Shown here: in pieces, positions 1 through 8,693 of the stretch
Layout of the letters: each line of letters opens with the position of its first letter
How positions within the stretch are numbered: position 1 is the stretch's first letter
Source: an uncultured Christensenella sp.
Lineage (GTDB): Bacteria > Bacillota > Clostridia > Christensenellales > UBA3700
Assembly: GCA_950079155.1 (NCBI GenBank)
Contig: CATMWH010000008.1
Coordinates: forward strand, 20,779 to 84,778
DNA: 64,000 nucleotides
Direction: 5' to 3'
Notes under the pieces: model-generated
Databases searched by the model: none
What the model saw: the letters and a program-made list of their open reading frames with translations, nothing else
What the model was told of the DNA's origin: nothing
Translations under genes and position numbers: made by a program

Positions 1-1
1 A

Positions 2-337
2 GAATTACAAAAAACAAAAAACGACAAGTCAATCTGTGAGTTTGACATTGCCGCAACAAATCGAGGTAACGATGACCAAGTCAACTATTTGGCGGTGGTA
101 GTATCGGGCGTTATGGCTGAGAACGTGGTCAAGTATCTTGACAAGGGCAGTAAGGTTGCTGTATCTGGCGACTTGCTCATAGAAAGGTATGAACGTCAAG
201 ATAAGAGCAAGGGAACAAGTGTAAAAATTCAATTCCCTGAGAACGTTGAATTTTTGGACGGAAAGAAAGGTGCAGCAAATGACGCAGCAGATTCCGCCGA
301 CGACGGTGCAACAGCCGATGAATCGTTGCCGTATTAG
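2..337 (+). CDS. ssb: single-stranded DNA-binding protein, 5' end cut by window edge
   Basis: The frame is open from nt 2. An OB-fold-like core (KVAVSGDLLIERYE) is followed by a Gly/Asp/Ala-rich tail ending DESLPY, the acidic-aromatic tip typical of bacterial and plasmid SSBs. Confidence 0.8.
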   Translation, partial: ELQKTKNDKSICEFDIAATNRGNDDQVNYLAVVVSGVMAENVVKYLDKGSKVAVSGDLLIERYERQDKSKGTSVKIQFPENVEFLDGKKGAANDAADSADDGATADESLPY

Positions 338-346
338 GAGGTTGAA

Positions 347-457
347 ATGAACGTTATAAAAATAAACCTTGAGTCTGACAACGAAATATCCGTTGAAGTA
401 CCGCAAGGAACAGTAAATATTGCCGACGTTCTATCGGATGAAAAAACGGAGGCTTAA
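347..457 (+). CDS. hypothetical 36-aa protein
   Basis: ATG at 347 lies 5 nt after AGGAGG (336-341). It translates to MNVIKINLESDNEISVEVPQGTVNIADVLSDEKTEA, and its stop is 4 nt before the next start. It is too short for the ORF track. Confidence 0.3.
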   Translation: MNVIKINLESDNEISVEVPQGTVNIADVLSDEKTEA

Positions 458-461
458 CGAT

Positions 462-3400
462 ATGAGTACAAGAAGTTATATATGCGCTAAGCAACCAGAT
501 GGAACGTATAAAGGGGTATATTGTCATTATGACGGATATCTCGAATACAACGGAGCAATGTTGCTTGATTTTTATCCAACGAAAGAAGATGCAGATAAAA
601 TCTTGCAACTTGGCAGTTTATCAACGTTAAAAGAAAAATTGGAGCCGGATCCGGGAACGGAACACTCGTTTGAAAATAGACAATCAGACGTAACCGTTGC
701 CTATGGCCGAGATAGAGGTGAAACTGACGTTGAGGCAGTAACAGTAGATTTCAAGGAGTTAAATAAGCCAGAAAGTTGGATTGATTATATCTATATTCAC
801 GATGGTGAAAAGTGGAAATATTTTGAGAATGGCAAATTTGACAACGGCTTTAGAGACGTTGACGAGGATCTTCAGCATATTTGGCAGGATCACGGTTTTG
901 ATGAGCGCCACAAAGGCTTCTACGGTGCAGTAACCGATGACGAGTATGATTCAGTTAGAAGGACGTTAGCACAAGAAAAAATAGAAGAGAGGAAGGTGGA
1001 CGAAGCCAAGAAGGAAGAACCGAAGAAAGTAGACAAGAAAGAAACAACGTCGAGTTGGCAAAAAGTTCAAGAGAATAGACAAAAACTCATAGACCAAATT
1101 CGTGCCGAAATATCCAAAGGCAATTTGGAGTGGCATCACTATTTAAGTGGAAAAGCATTACCCCATAACGGTGAGACGTCGAGACCTTATCAAGGTGCTA
1201 ATCGACTTTATTTGGCATTGAGCGCAGCCGTGCAAGGCTTCGATGATCCAAGATGGTATACATTTAATCAAGTCGAGAAAATGGGATTGAAGATTGAAAA
1301 GGGTCAAAAGGGAACACGCATCGAAAAGTTTACCGTGTGGGATAAACTTGCAAAAAAGGAAATCCGCACAAGAAAAGACCTTGACGAGATAACGGCGGGC
1401 TTGAGCGAAGAAGAACGTAAGCAATACGAGAAAGATAACTTGACCGTTTACATAAATCAATACGTTGTATTTAACGGACAACAAGTCAAAGGACTTGAAA
1501 AGTTTGTTGCGCCGACGTTGGATGAGAGCCAAAAAGACGAACGTTGCGAGAGAATATTGGAGCAAAGTTTTGTGCCGATTGAATATTCTCAATCGAGAAC
1601 AACCGCATCGTATGATTTAATCGAAGATAAAATCAATATGCCATTGAGGGATAAATTCATCTCAACGGACGAATTGTACGGCACGGCCTTCCACGAAATG
1701 TCGCACGCGACCGGGGCAAAGACCAGATTAAACCGTAACTTTGAAAACTTTGACGGTTTCGGTTCGGAGTCTTATGCAAGAGAAGAAGTCGTAGCCGAAT
1801 TGAGTTCATTGTTTTTGCAACAGGATTTAGGCGTAGACCTAAAGAGAGCAGCAATCCAGAATAGCGCAGCGTATATCCAAGCGTGGGAAAAAGTATTGGC
1901 AAAGCCAGACGAATTTTTTAGAGCCATTGCCGCAGCGGACAAGGCGTCTAAATATATTATAGAAAATTGCTCTCAAGCGCAAAAACAAGAACAAGAAACT
2001 TCTCAGATTCAAGGCTCCGATAAAGACTTGCATAAGAATACGCTCGTCGTAAATTTCTACGCCGGTCCCGGAGCCGGGAAAACTACGGCCGCACTAGAAG
2101 TTACGGCGGCGCTTAAAAAAGCCGGCTACGACGTAGAGTACGTTCCGGAGTATGCAAAGGAACTTGTAAGAGAAGGAAAGTTGGATATGCTCGACGATCA
2201 AAAAATTGTAATCGACGAGCAGTATAAACGTCTTCATAATATGGCAGTCAGTGGCGTTCAAATAGTAGTCACCGATTCACCGGTGTTACTTGGCCAAGTA
2301 TATGGACAAGGTAAAATCGACGAAGCATACCATAACAAAATACGTGAGTATTACGACAGTTTTGACAACTTTAATCTCCGTGTTGTCCGGGCGGAAGGTC
2401 CGTATCAACAAGAGGGCAGAGTTGAGAACGAAGCGCAAGCCAAAGAACTTGACGATCGTATCAAAGCAATGCTCAAAGAAAACAAAGTTTTCTATGGCAA
2501 TTATCAAAGAGATGAGATAGAGAAGACTGTAGAACGTATCTCGCAAACGTACAATCGTCTGTATGGTGAACACAAAGAAAAAAAAGAAGAAGACACAAAA
2601 GCCTTTAATAGAGATGAACATATAGACGAAGCAGTTGCAGGCTATATGTTGGAGAATCCTAATAAATCTTTACGAGATAGTATGTACGACGTGGTACAAA
2701 TGTCTGACGACACCGTTGAAGAATATGCGGACAAATATCGTGCTGAGAAACAGCCGATAATGGTCCCCAGTCAACTCGAAGGTTGGTCAGATTGGTCAAC
2801 CGAGGAAATAAAAAATAAGGAGGCGAGAGAAGCGGCTGAATGGCTTTTAAAGAACCATTTAGAGAATGAAAAAGACGTTAAGAATGCATTTTATTGTAGG
2901 CAAACGTCATCTATGTCCGACGACCCGAGAGCCGAAGAAAATGACGAACAAACAATCTTAAGAGTGGCTAACTATTACAAAGGCAAAATCGGTGGAGCCC
3001 AAGAGCAAGTTTCAAAGCAGGCAAATCAAACTGAAAAGTCCAATAAAGAAAACCTTTTATCGCCACGTGAATATTACGCACAGAAGAACGCAAAACGTCT
3101 TGATGACCTTAATGCTAACGTTCCTCAAGAGATGAAGGATCTCAAAAATTGGTGCGCTTTCAAAACTTACTATGACGGAGCCACTGGCAAGAAGAAAAAA
3201 ATTATCCTTTCGCCAGAAACGGGCGAGTGGGCGAAATGCAACGAGCCGGCAACGTGGTCAACTTACGAGAAGGCAATGCAGTTCGCAAAGGAGCGGAACT
3301 GTGAAGGACTTAGTTTTGCTTTGGATCTACAAAACCGTATTGCGTGCGTTGACTTAGATCATTGCATTGGAGACAAGGGAATGCGTTCGAATCTTTGTTG

Positions 3401-4034
3401 GAATATTTTGAATGCAGCGCCGAATACTTACGCTGAGAAAAGTGTGTCCGGCAAAGGCGTACACGTATTTTTTAAGGCAGATAACGTCACGCTTGGTTGC
3501 AATATTAAAGACGACGTGAAGGGACTTGAATGTTACGACAGGAGCAAGTTTATATCGATGACCGGCAATGTCATAAGTAAGACCACCGCCATCGAAGACA
3601 AGCCACAAAAACTCATAGACCTTGTACGTGAGGAATTGGGACCAAGTCAACGTAGCGAAACGTCGGATAATCAAACAGTACGAAAATCAAGCGGCACGCC
3701 GTTTATGTTTGATTCTGAAGTTGTTGAGGCAATAAAGAGAAGTAAAGCAGGCCCCGACTTTGAAAGATTGTATCGAGGCGAGGATCTTTGCGGAGATAAA
3801 TCTAAGAGCGATGCCAAGTTAATGAGTATGCTTGCGTTCTTTACCGATTGCAATCCAAGTCAGATGAAATCTATATTTGAATCGTCCGGCTTGTATCGAG
3901 AAAGCAAGGGCGAGAAGTACGTAGATCGTACAATTGATTTTGCTATAAGGTCGTTAAAGACCCGTCCTTCGAATTTGGGGAAAAGCAATACAAAGCAGCA
4001 ACAAAAGGCAAGTGGCAGTCAAAAAACAAAATAA
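462..4034 (+). CDS. multidomain conjugative-element protein: N-terminal unknown domain, ArdC-like ssDNA-binding N-domain, HExxH zincin, P-loop NTPase, AEP-type primase-polymerase with PriCT-like C-terminus
   Basis: The likely start is ATG 462 after GGAGG (449-453); the track ORF starts at TTG 420. Motifs: ArdC-N-like RPYQGANRLYL...RWYTFNQV; HEMSH (1692-1706); Walker A GPGAGKTT (2064-2087); AEP motifs VDLDHC (about 3347-3364) and GKGVHVFF (3450-3473). The C-terminal tail is K/Q/S-rich. Confidence 0.85.
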   Translation: MSTRSYICAKQPDGTYKGVYCHYDGYLEYNGAMLLDFYPTKEDADKILQLGSLSTLKEKLEPDPGTEHSFENRQSDVTVAYGRDRGETDVEAVTVDFKELNKPESWIDYIYIHDGEKWKYFENGKFDNGFRDVDEDLQHIWQDHGFDERHKGFYGAVTDDEYDSVRRTLAQEKIEERKVDEAKKEEPKKVDKKETTSSWQKVQENRQKLIDQIRAEISKGNLEWHHYLSGKALPHNGETSRPYQGANRLYLALSAAVQGFDDPRWYTFNQVEKMGLKIEKGQKGTRIEKFTVWDKLAKKEIRTRKDLDEITAGLSEEERKQYEKDNLTVYINQYVVFNGQQVKGLEKFVAPTLDESQKDERCERILEQSFVPIEYSQSRTTASYDLIEDKINMPLRDKFISTDELYGTAFHEMSHATGAKTRLNRNFENFDGFGSESYAREEVVAELSSLFLQQDLGVDLKRAAIQNSAAYIQAWEKVLAKPDEFFRAIAAADKASKYIIENCSQAQKQEQETSQIQGSDKDLHKNTLVVNFYAGPGAGKTTAALEVTAALKKAGYDVEYVPEYAKELVREGKLDMLDDQKIVIDEQYKRLHNMAVSGVQIVVTDSPVLLGQVYGQGKIDEAYHNKIREYYDSFDNFNLRVVRAEGPYQQEGRVENEAQAKELDDRIKAMLKENKVFYGNYQRDEIEKTVERISQTYNRLYGEHKEKKEEDTKAFNRDEHIDEAVAGYMLENPNKSLRDSMYDVVQMSDDTVEEYADKYRAEKQPIMVPSQLEGWSDWSTEEIKNKEAREAAEWLLKNHLENEKDVKNAFYCRQTSSMSDDPRAEENDEQTILRVANYYKGKIGGAQEQVSKQANQTEKSNKENLLSPREYYAQKNAKRLDDLNANVPQEMKDLKNWCAFKTYYDGATGKKKKIILSPETGEWAKCNEPATWSTYEKAMQFAKERNCEGLSFALDLQNRIACVDLDHCIGDKGMRSNLCWNILNAAPNTYAEKSVSGKGVHVFFKADNVTLGCNIKDDVKGLECYDRSKFISMTGNVISKTTAIEDKPQKLIDLVREELGPSQRSETSDNQTVRKSSGTPFMFDSEVVEAIKRSKAGPDFERLYRGEDLCGDKSKSDAKLMSMLAFFTDCNPSQMKSIFESSGLYRESKGEKYVDRTIDFAIRSLKTRPSNLGKSNTKQQQKASGSQKTK

Positions 4035-4142
4035 CCCCAAGTTTTTCTTGTGCTCACTTGCCCGCATAGCGGGCCAACCGCCGTCACTCGGTTATTGCCG
4101 TGTGACGGCGCGGCCGGGTGGACACAGGTAAGAAGGAGAAGG

Positions 4143-4367
4143 ATGATGAAAAGAGGAGTATTAGTATTCGACAAGGAATCGAATAGGTACGATATCCGCT
4201 TTGGCTTTGAAGACTATTATGGCGGATTGCATTGTGGTGATAGTTTTGAAGTATTTGTAAATGGGAAGTGGATACCCACTCGTATTGAAATGAATTGTGT
4301 AAGCAATGGTTGGTACTTAGTGGATATCTATGTTATCGATCTTAGCGGATTGGCAGTAAGGATATAG
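4143..4367 (+). CDS. DUF5348-like small protein
   Basis: ATG 4143 follows AAGGAGAAGG. The pattern MMKRGVLVFDKESNRYDI...LHCGDSFEVFVNGKWIPTRIEM...GWYLVD...LSGLAVRI matches, from memory, the DUF5348 family common in Firmicutes conjugative elements. The longer track ORF (from 4050) runs through a GC-rich hairpin region. Confidence 0.7.
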   Translation: MMKRGVLVFDKESNRYDIRFGFEDYYGGLHCGDSFEVFVNGKWIPTRIEMNCVSNGWYLVDIYVIDLSGLAVRI

Positions 4368-4369
4368 CA

Positions 4370-4600
4370 AGGAACGGATAAAGCGCCAAACGGCGCAACT
4401 GAATGAATGTAAACACAGGTACACCTCAAGCGAGGTGTAAAAAAAGGCTGTAAACACAGGAAGCAGGATAAGCGGGTGTGACACTTTTGCGAATTTTCGC
4501 CACATTATTACACAGTAATAAAAAGGTGTCACAGCCCTTGAAGAAACTGTCACTACGAGTGACAGTAAAAAAACAACTTGGAAACCAAGTTTTTTAGGGA
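4370..4600. promoter_or_regulatory. candidate oriT / mob-operon control region
   Basis: Non-coding gap directly upstream of the accessory and relaxase genes. It holds direct repeats TGTAAACACAGG (4408-4419, 4449-4460), four TGTCAC/GTGACA boxes including the inverted repeat CTGTCAC-n5-GTGACAG (4547-4565), and hairpins at 4382-4395 and 4421-4438. AACTTGG-aaa-CCAAGTT plus a T-run lies at about 4574-4596. Confidence 0.4.
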
Positions 4601-4609
4601 GTGAACACA

Positions 4610-5059
4610 ATGGAAAATAGGACTGTCCAAAAGCGAATTAGAATTTACGAAGAAAGTCTTTGGCAGTATATAGACAAACTGCTTAGGGTAGAGCCTTTCG
4701 ATGGAAATTTTAACGAAGTGATAAATCAAGCATTAAAAATTGGACTTCCAAGGCTTTACGAATTGACGTTCGACCCGAAGGAATACTACAAGCGGTTAAG
4801 CCAAGAAGAAGTCGAAACCGAGGTAACTAGGGAAATAAAAGATTTGTCTTTAACTGTTGACGAGGTGAGTGTCCAAGTTGGAATCATAAAATATTTGCTC
4901 TCGATTTTATTCAACATAGAGGGACACAAACTAGAGGGCAAGGTCTTGACCGTGGATATGCTTGAGAGCGGAATATTCGCCTCGTTACCAAAGAACTTGC
5001 AAGAGATTGAAAACACGATGATAGAGAACACAAGGAAAAATAGGAGTAGTAAGAAATGA
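4610..5059 (+). CDS. putative relaxosome accessory protein (RHH-like N-terminus)
   Basis: ATG 4610 lies 8 nt after GGGAG. The N-terminus KRIRIYEESLWQYIDKLL looks like an RHH strand-helix. The stop overlaps the relaxase start (ATGA at 5056). Confidence 0.45.
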   Translation: MENRTVQKRIRIYEESLWQYIDKLLRVEPFDGNFNEVINQALKIGLPRLYELTFDPKEYYKRLSQEEVETEVTREIKDLSLTVDEVSVQVGIIKYLLSILFNIEGHKLEGKVLTVDMLESGIFASLPKNLQEIENTMIENTRKNRSSKK

Positions 5060-6336
5060 GCGTAGTTTTTAATATATCATACACACCAGCACAACCGAAG
5101 AAAAATGCGACGGAGTTCCAGGCGGTAGAGTGGAAGAACGAAAGGGCTTTTTATGACCTATCGGCTGACTATAACTACGTTACCTATTCTCTCAATGGTC
5201 AAAAGACGGCAAAACACAAGGATTATTTGGACTATATGGAGAAGGATACTGGGGCGTTTAATCTTGATAGACCGTTGACGCCAGAGAACGTTAAGGATAT
5301 CAAAGAACGTCTCAAGAAGTCGAAGTCGATAATTTGGCACGGTTTTATATCTTTTGACAAAGAGACAAGCGCTGCATTTACTACGCCGGAACAAGCACGT
5401 AAATTTTTAAAACAAACGATGGGCGCTTTGTTCGAAAATTCGCATCTTGACAAAGACAACATAGAAATAATGGCGAGTTTGCACGTTGACCGTTCCCATC
5501 ATCACCATATACACTTTGAGTTTTGGGAAAAGGATCCAAAGCGTCTTGATAAGAAGAACGGTGAGAAAAAATTCACGCAAAAGGGGTGTTTTAATCAAAG
5601 GTGCATAGATAATTACTTGATAGCGTCAAGTTTGGCGCTCGAGGACAACAAGAATGATTTTCACATTGCTCGAGACAATGCATTGGCAAGGCTCAAGGAA
5701 CTTATGCCACAGCATAAGAATAAGCAAAGTGAAATTGGCGCTAAATTGGCAGAAGTTGCAAGCATTTTGCCACGTAGCGGAAGGCTTGGATATAATAGCG
5801 ATAATATGTCAGCCTTGAGAGAGCAGGTAGACAAGGCAGTAGATTATATAGTTGCTAGAGACGATAAATTGAAACAATTTGTACGTGAAACGTATGGAGA
5901 GATAATAAAGAGAGAGAATCGAGCGCAAGAATTGGCGAAAGCAAACAAGATACTTTGGACTCAAGGTGGAAGATTTAAGCCAGAGGAAATCGAAGGCAAG
6001 TTGACTGAAGAGCAAATGAAGAAGTTTGCATTGAGTAATAAATTTGCTTGCGTAGATAAACTGCGTCCAGAGTTTAGGGCAAGGCTTGGACAGATTGTAA
6101 TAAACGCTGCAAAATGGATTAAAGAGAAGAAAGTAGCAAATGCGAAGAATTGCCGAAACGCTGGCAAGAATGCTATGAGAATTGCCGCTAGAAGAGATGC
6201 AATGATGATAAAGCGAGATGTCAAAAAATTCATTTATGGACTTGAGCAAACGCTGTGTAATATCCGTACTGATTTTACACCGTTGTTGCATCAAGCAGAA
6301 TTTGAGATAGCGCAATCACAAAGAAAATACAAATAG
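5056..6336 (+). CDS. putative conjugative relaxase (His-triad nuclease type)
   Basis: His cluster LHVDRSHHHHIHFEFWE resembles the HxDxxxHxHxH metal site of MOBP/MOBQ-type relaxases. It sits next to the repeat-rich gap and upstream of the coupling protein. The family assignment was not verified. Confidence 0.6.
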   Translation: MSVVFNISYTPAQPKKNATEFQAVEWKNERAFYDLSADYNYVTYSLNGQKTAKHKDYLDYMEKDTGAFNLDRPLTPENVKDIKERLKKSKSIIWHGFISFDKETSAAFTTPEQARKFLKQTMGALFENSHLDKDNIEIMASLHVDRSHHHHIHFEFWEKDPKRLDKKNGEKKFTQKGCFNQRCIDNYLIASSLALEDNKNDFHIARDNALARLKELMPQHKNKQSEIGAKLAEVASILPRSGRLGYNSDNMSALREQVDKAVDYIVARDDKLKQFVRETYGEIIKRENRAQELAKANKILWTQGGRFKPEEIEGKLTEEQMKKFALSNKFACVDKLRPEFRARLGQIVINAAKWIKEKKVANAKNCRNAGKNAMRIAARRDAMMIKRDVKKFIYGLEQTLCNIRTDFTPLLHQAEFEIAQSQRKYK

Positions 6337-6351
6337 GGAGTATATAAAGCA

Positions 6352-6528
6352 ATGGGTGAGTATAAGAGAATAACAAAGCAAGACTGTGATGGAGATTGGT
6401 ATGTAGAGTATGAGAATGGTGACATCACACTAGCACCAAGTAGAGCTTCGCAAGACGTATTTAAATATCTTGCTGAACTAGAGAACAAGATTGAGATGCT
6501 ATGGCGATATTTTAAAGTATCCAGATAA
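6352..6528 (+). CDS. hypothetical 58-aa protein
   Basis: ATG 6352 follows GGGAG (6336-6340). It translates to MGEYKRITKQDCDGDWYVEYENGDITLAPSRASQDVFKYLAELENKIEMLWRYFKVSR and fills the gap between the relaxase and coupling-protein genes. Confidence 0.4.
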   Translation: MGEYKRITKQDCDGDWYVEYENGDITLAPSRASQDVFKYLAELENKIEMLWRYFKVSR

Positions 6529-6554
6529 ATGATGAATAATTAGGAGAATAAATT

Positions 6555-8693
6555 ATGAAGAATGTAAATTGGAAATTTAAATTGACTTTTGCGGCAGTCC
6601 TTGGAACAATGGTAGCCGTTATTGTCGGGGTCATAATGACCTTAATAAGGTTTAAAGGAAAGATTTCTATGCAAGCGTATTTTTCGACGCTCGGCAAAGG
6701 AAGTTATTGGCTTTTGTTGTTTGTAGTATTTGTTGCTATTGGAACTTGGTTTTTGGCGGAGCACCGCATAAGAGCCGATAAAGATGTTGTGAAAGATAAC
6801 GAAGGCGAAACCAGTGAACTTATGAGCATTAGTGATATAAAGAAAAGTAAGGATTTTGTTGTCGCAGATTTTTCCGATCTTCCAAATATCAAGGATGGGA
6901 TTGTGCTACAAGCTAGAAAGGCTAAAAATAATATAAAGGTTGTTATGTCGAGCAAGCCTAATCACGTTCTAGTAATAGGAACAACCGGTGCAGGTAAGAC
7001 GCAAGGCTTTATAAATCCTACGATTCAAGTATTGATGCAGACAAAGACAAAACCGTCAGTCGTCATTACTGATCCAAAAGGAGAGTTGTTTGATACACAC
7101 GCTGCAGCATTTCTACAAAAAGGCTATAAGGTTTTGGAGTTAGACTTGGATCAACCATATTATTCAAGCAAGTGGAATCCGTTTGACGTGCTTAGGGAGA
7201 GAATAGATAAAATCAATAAATTAAACGTTGACGGAGATTCAGAAGAAACGAAGGTCAAAATTCAAATTTTGCGTGATGAAATATACGAGTTGGCAAAAGA
7301 CTTGACGGATGCAATCTGTCCGCTTGAGAAATCTTCAGATATGGGATGGCAGTTAGGCGCTAGGTCTTTAGTCAACGCTATTGTCCTTGCATTGTGTGAA
7401 GACTATGAGGATGGATTGTTTGAGAGCAAGCAATTTGGCTTTGCGACATTGTATCACATAGTATTTGATTATCTTTCTGCGGATGACACTGTGTTGAAAG
7501 ATTACTTATATGAGAGTAGAGATCTAAACTCAAAAGTTAAGGGATTGGCGAAACAAGTATTGGAGACACAAGAAAAGACTTTGACAAGTTATCTATCTGA
7601 AGTATATAAGCACGTTGAATGGTTGAGTGACTCTGGCATTTTGTCAATGACATCAGGCTCAGATATAGATTTATATTCAATGGACGAGCAACCAACAGCG
7701 CTATTCTTAAAAATACCGGACGAGAAGAAAACTCGACATAGACTTGTAACGCTTTTGATCACTCAAATGTACAAGACTCTTGTAGATAAGACCAAGCGCA
7801 ATAAGGCGAGTGGTGAGACTGAAGAATTGGAGTTGAAGAGGACAGTATATTTCTTGTTGGACGAATTTGGCAATTTGCCGGCATTTAATGACCTTGCCGG
7901 AATGATTACTGTCGGTCGTAGTAGAAGGATGTTCTTTGAGATGGTAGTACAGAATTATGCGCAGTTGGCAAATAAATACGGCAAAGAAGTAGCAGATATA
8001 GTCAAGTCGCAGTGTGGTACTAAAATCTTTCTTGGCTCTGACGATGCCAATACTATCAATGAGTTTAGTTCAATTTGCGGTAAAAAGATTGTCGCGAATT
8101 CTAATATTACAACGTCGTATCAGCAAAATTCGGCGTCGACAGGCACAGGCGTAAAAGAAATACCGCTTATTTATCCAACGGAATTAAAAAATCTTAATTC
8201 AGGAGATAGTTTTGGTAACGCAGTCGTTTTGCCGTTTGGGCATTTTGCGTTCAAGAGTAAATATACACCGTCGTATCAGTGTTCAAAAATTTATATAATG
8301 AAAGCGCCACCGCAGAGTTTAAAGCAAGCGCACTATTATGATGAGATGGATCACGTCTTTGACATCACAAGCAAAATAGCAAGAGACAATGCTATTCGTG
8401 AAGAGATGAAGAAAATGGAAGATGAGTTGAGGGCAATGCAAGAACAGCAACAAGCCAAGAAACCTAGCGCGATGTCGTCAGCAAACAAGTCCGACATTTT
8501 GCTTGAGCAGGTCAATGTGTTAAAGCAATTCTTGCCGGAAGAGATGGCGGACTTTGAGACATTGGATTTGGACACTCAATTGGCAAAATTAGCTGAATTA
8601 AAAAGTAAGGCAGGGAGTATGGAATTGATTTTTAAAATAACTGATTTAGAAATAAGACTTAAAAATAGTGAGGTGAAGACAAATGACAAATAG
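6555..8693 (+). CDS. type IV coupling protein (VirD4/TraG family)
   Basis: N-terminal TM segments, Walker A VIGTTGAGKTQG and Walker B-like VYFLLDEFGNLP. Size and architecture are typical of T4CPs. Confidence 0.9.
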   Translation: MKNVNWKFKLTFAAVLGTMVAVIVGVIMTLIRFKGKISMQAYFSTLGKGSYWLLLFVVFVAIGTWFLAEHRIRADKDVVKDNEGETSELMSISDIKKSKDFVVADFSDLPNIKDGIVLQARKAKNNIKVVMSSKPNHVLVIGTTGAGKTQGFINPTIQVLMQTKTKPSVVITDPKGELFDTHAAAFLQKGYKVLELDLDQPYYSSKWNPFDVLRERIDKINKLNVDGDSEETKVKIQILRDEIYELAKDLTDAICPLEKSSDMGWQLGARSLVNAIVLALCEDYEDGLFESKQFGFATLYHIVFDYLSADDTVLKDYLYESRDLNSKVKGLAKQVLETQEKTLTSYLSEVYKHVEWLSDSGILSMTSGSDIDLYSMDEQPTALFLKIPDEKKTRHRLVTLLITQMYKTLVDKTKRNKASGETEELELKRTVYFLLDEFGNLPAFNDLAGMITVGRSRRMFFEMVVQNYAQLANKYGKEVADIVKSQCGTKIFLGSDDANTINEFSSICGKKIVANSNITTSYQQNSASTGTGVKEIPLIYPTELKNLNSGDSFGNAVVLPFGHFAFKSKYTPSYQCSKIYIMKAPPQSLKQAHYYDEMDHVFDITSKIARDNAIREEMKKMEDELRAMQEQQQAKKPSAMSSANKSDILLEQVNVLKQFLPEEMADFETLDLDTQLAKLAELKSKAGSMELIFKITDLEIRLKNSEVKTNDK

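Noticed and set aside
420-461. Track start (TTG 420) of the polyprotein ORF
   Set aside because: It would overlap the small RBS-preceded ORF 347-457. ATG 462 has a GGAGG 8 nt upstream.
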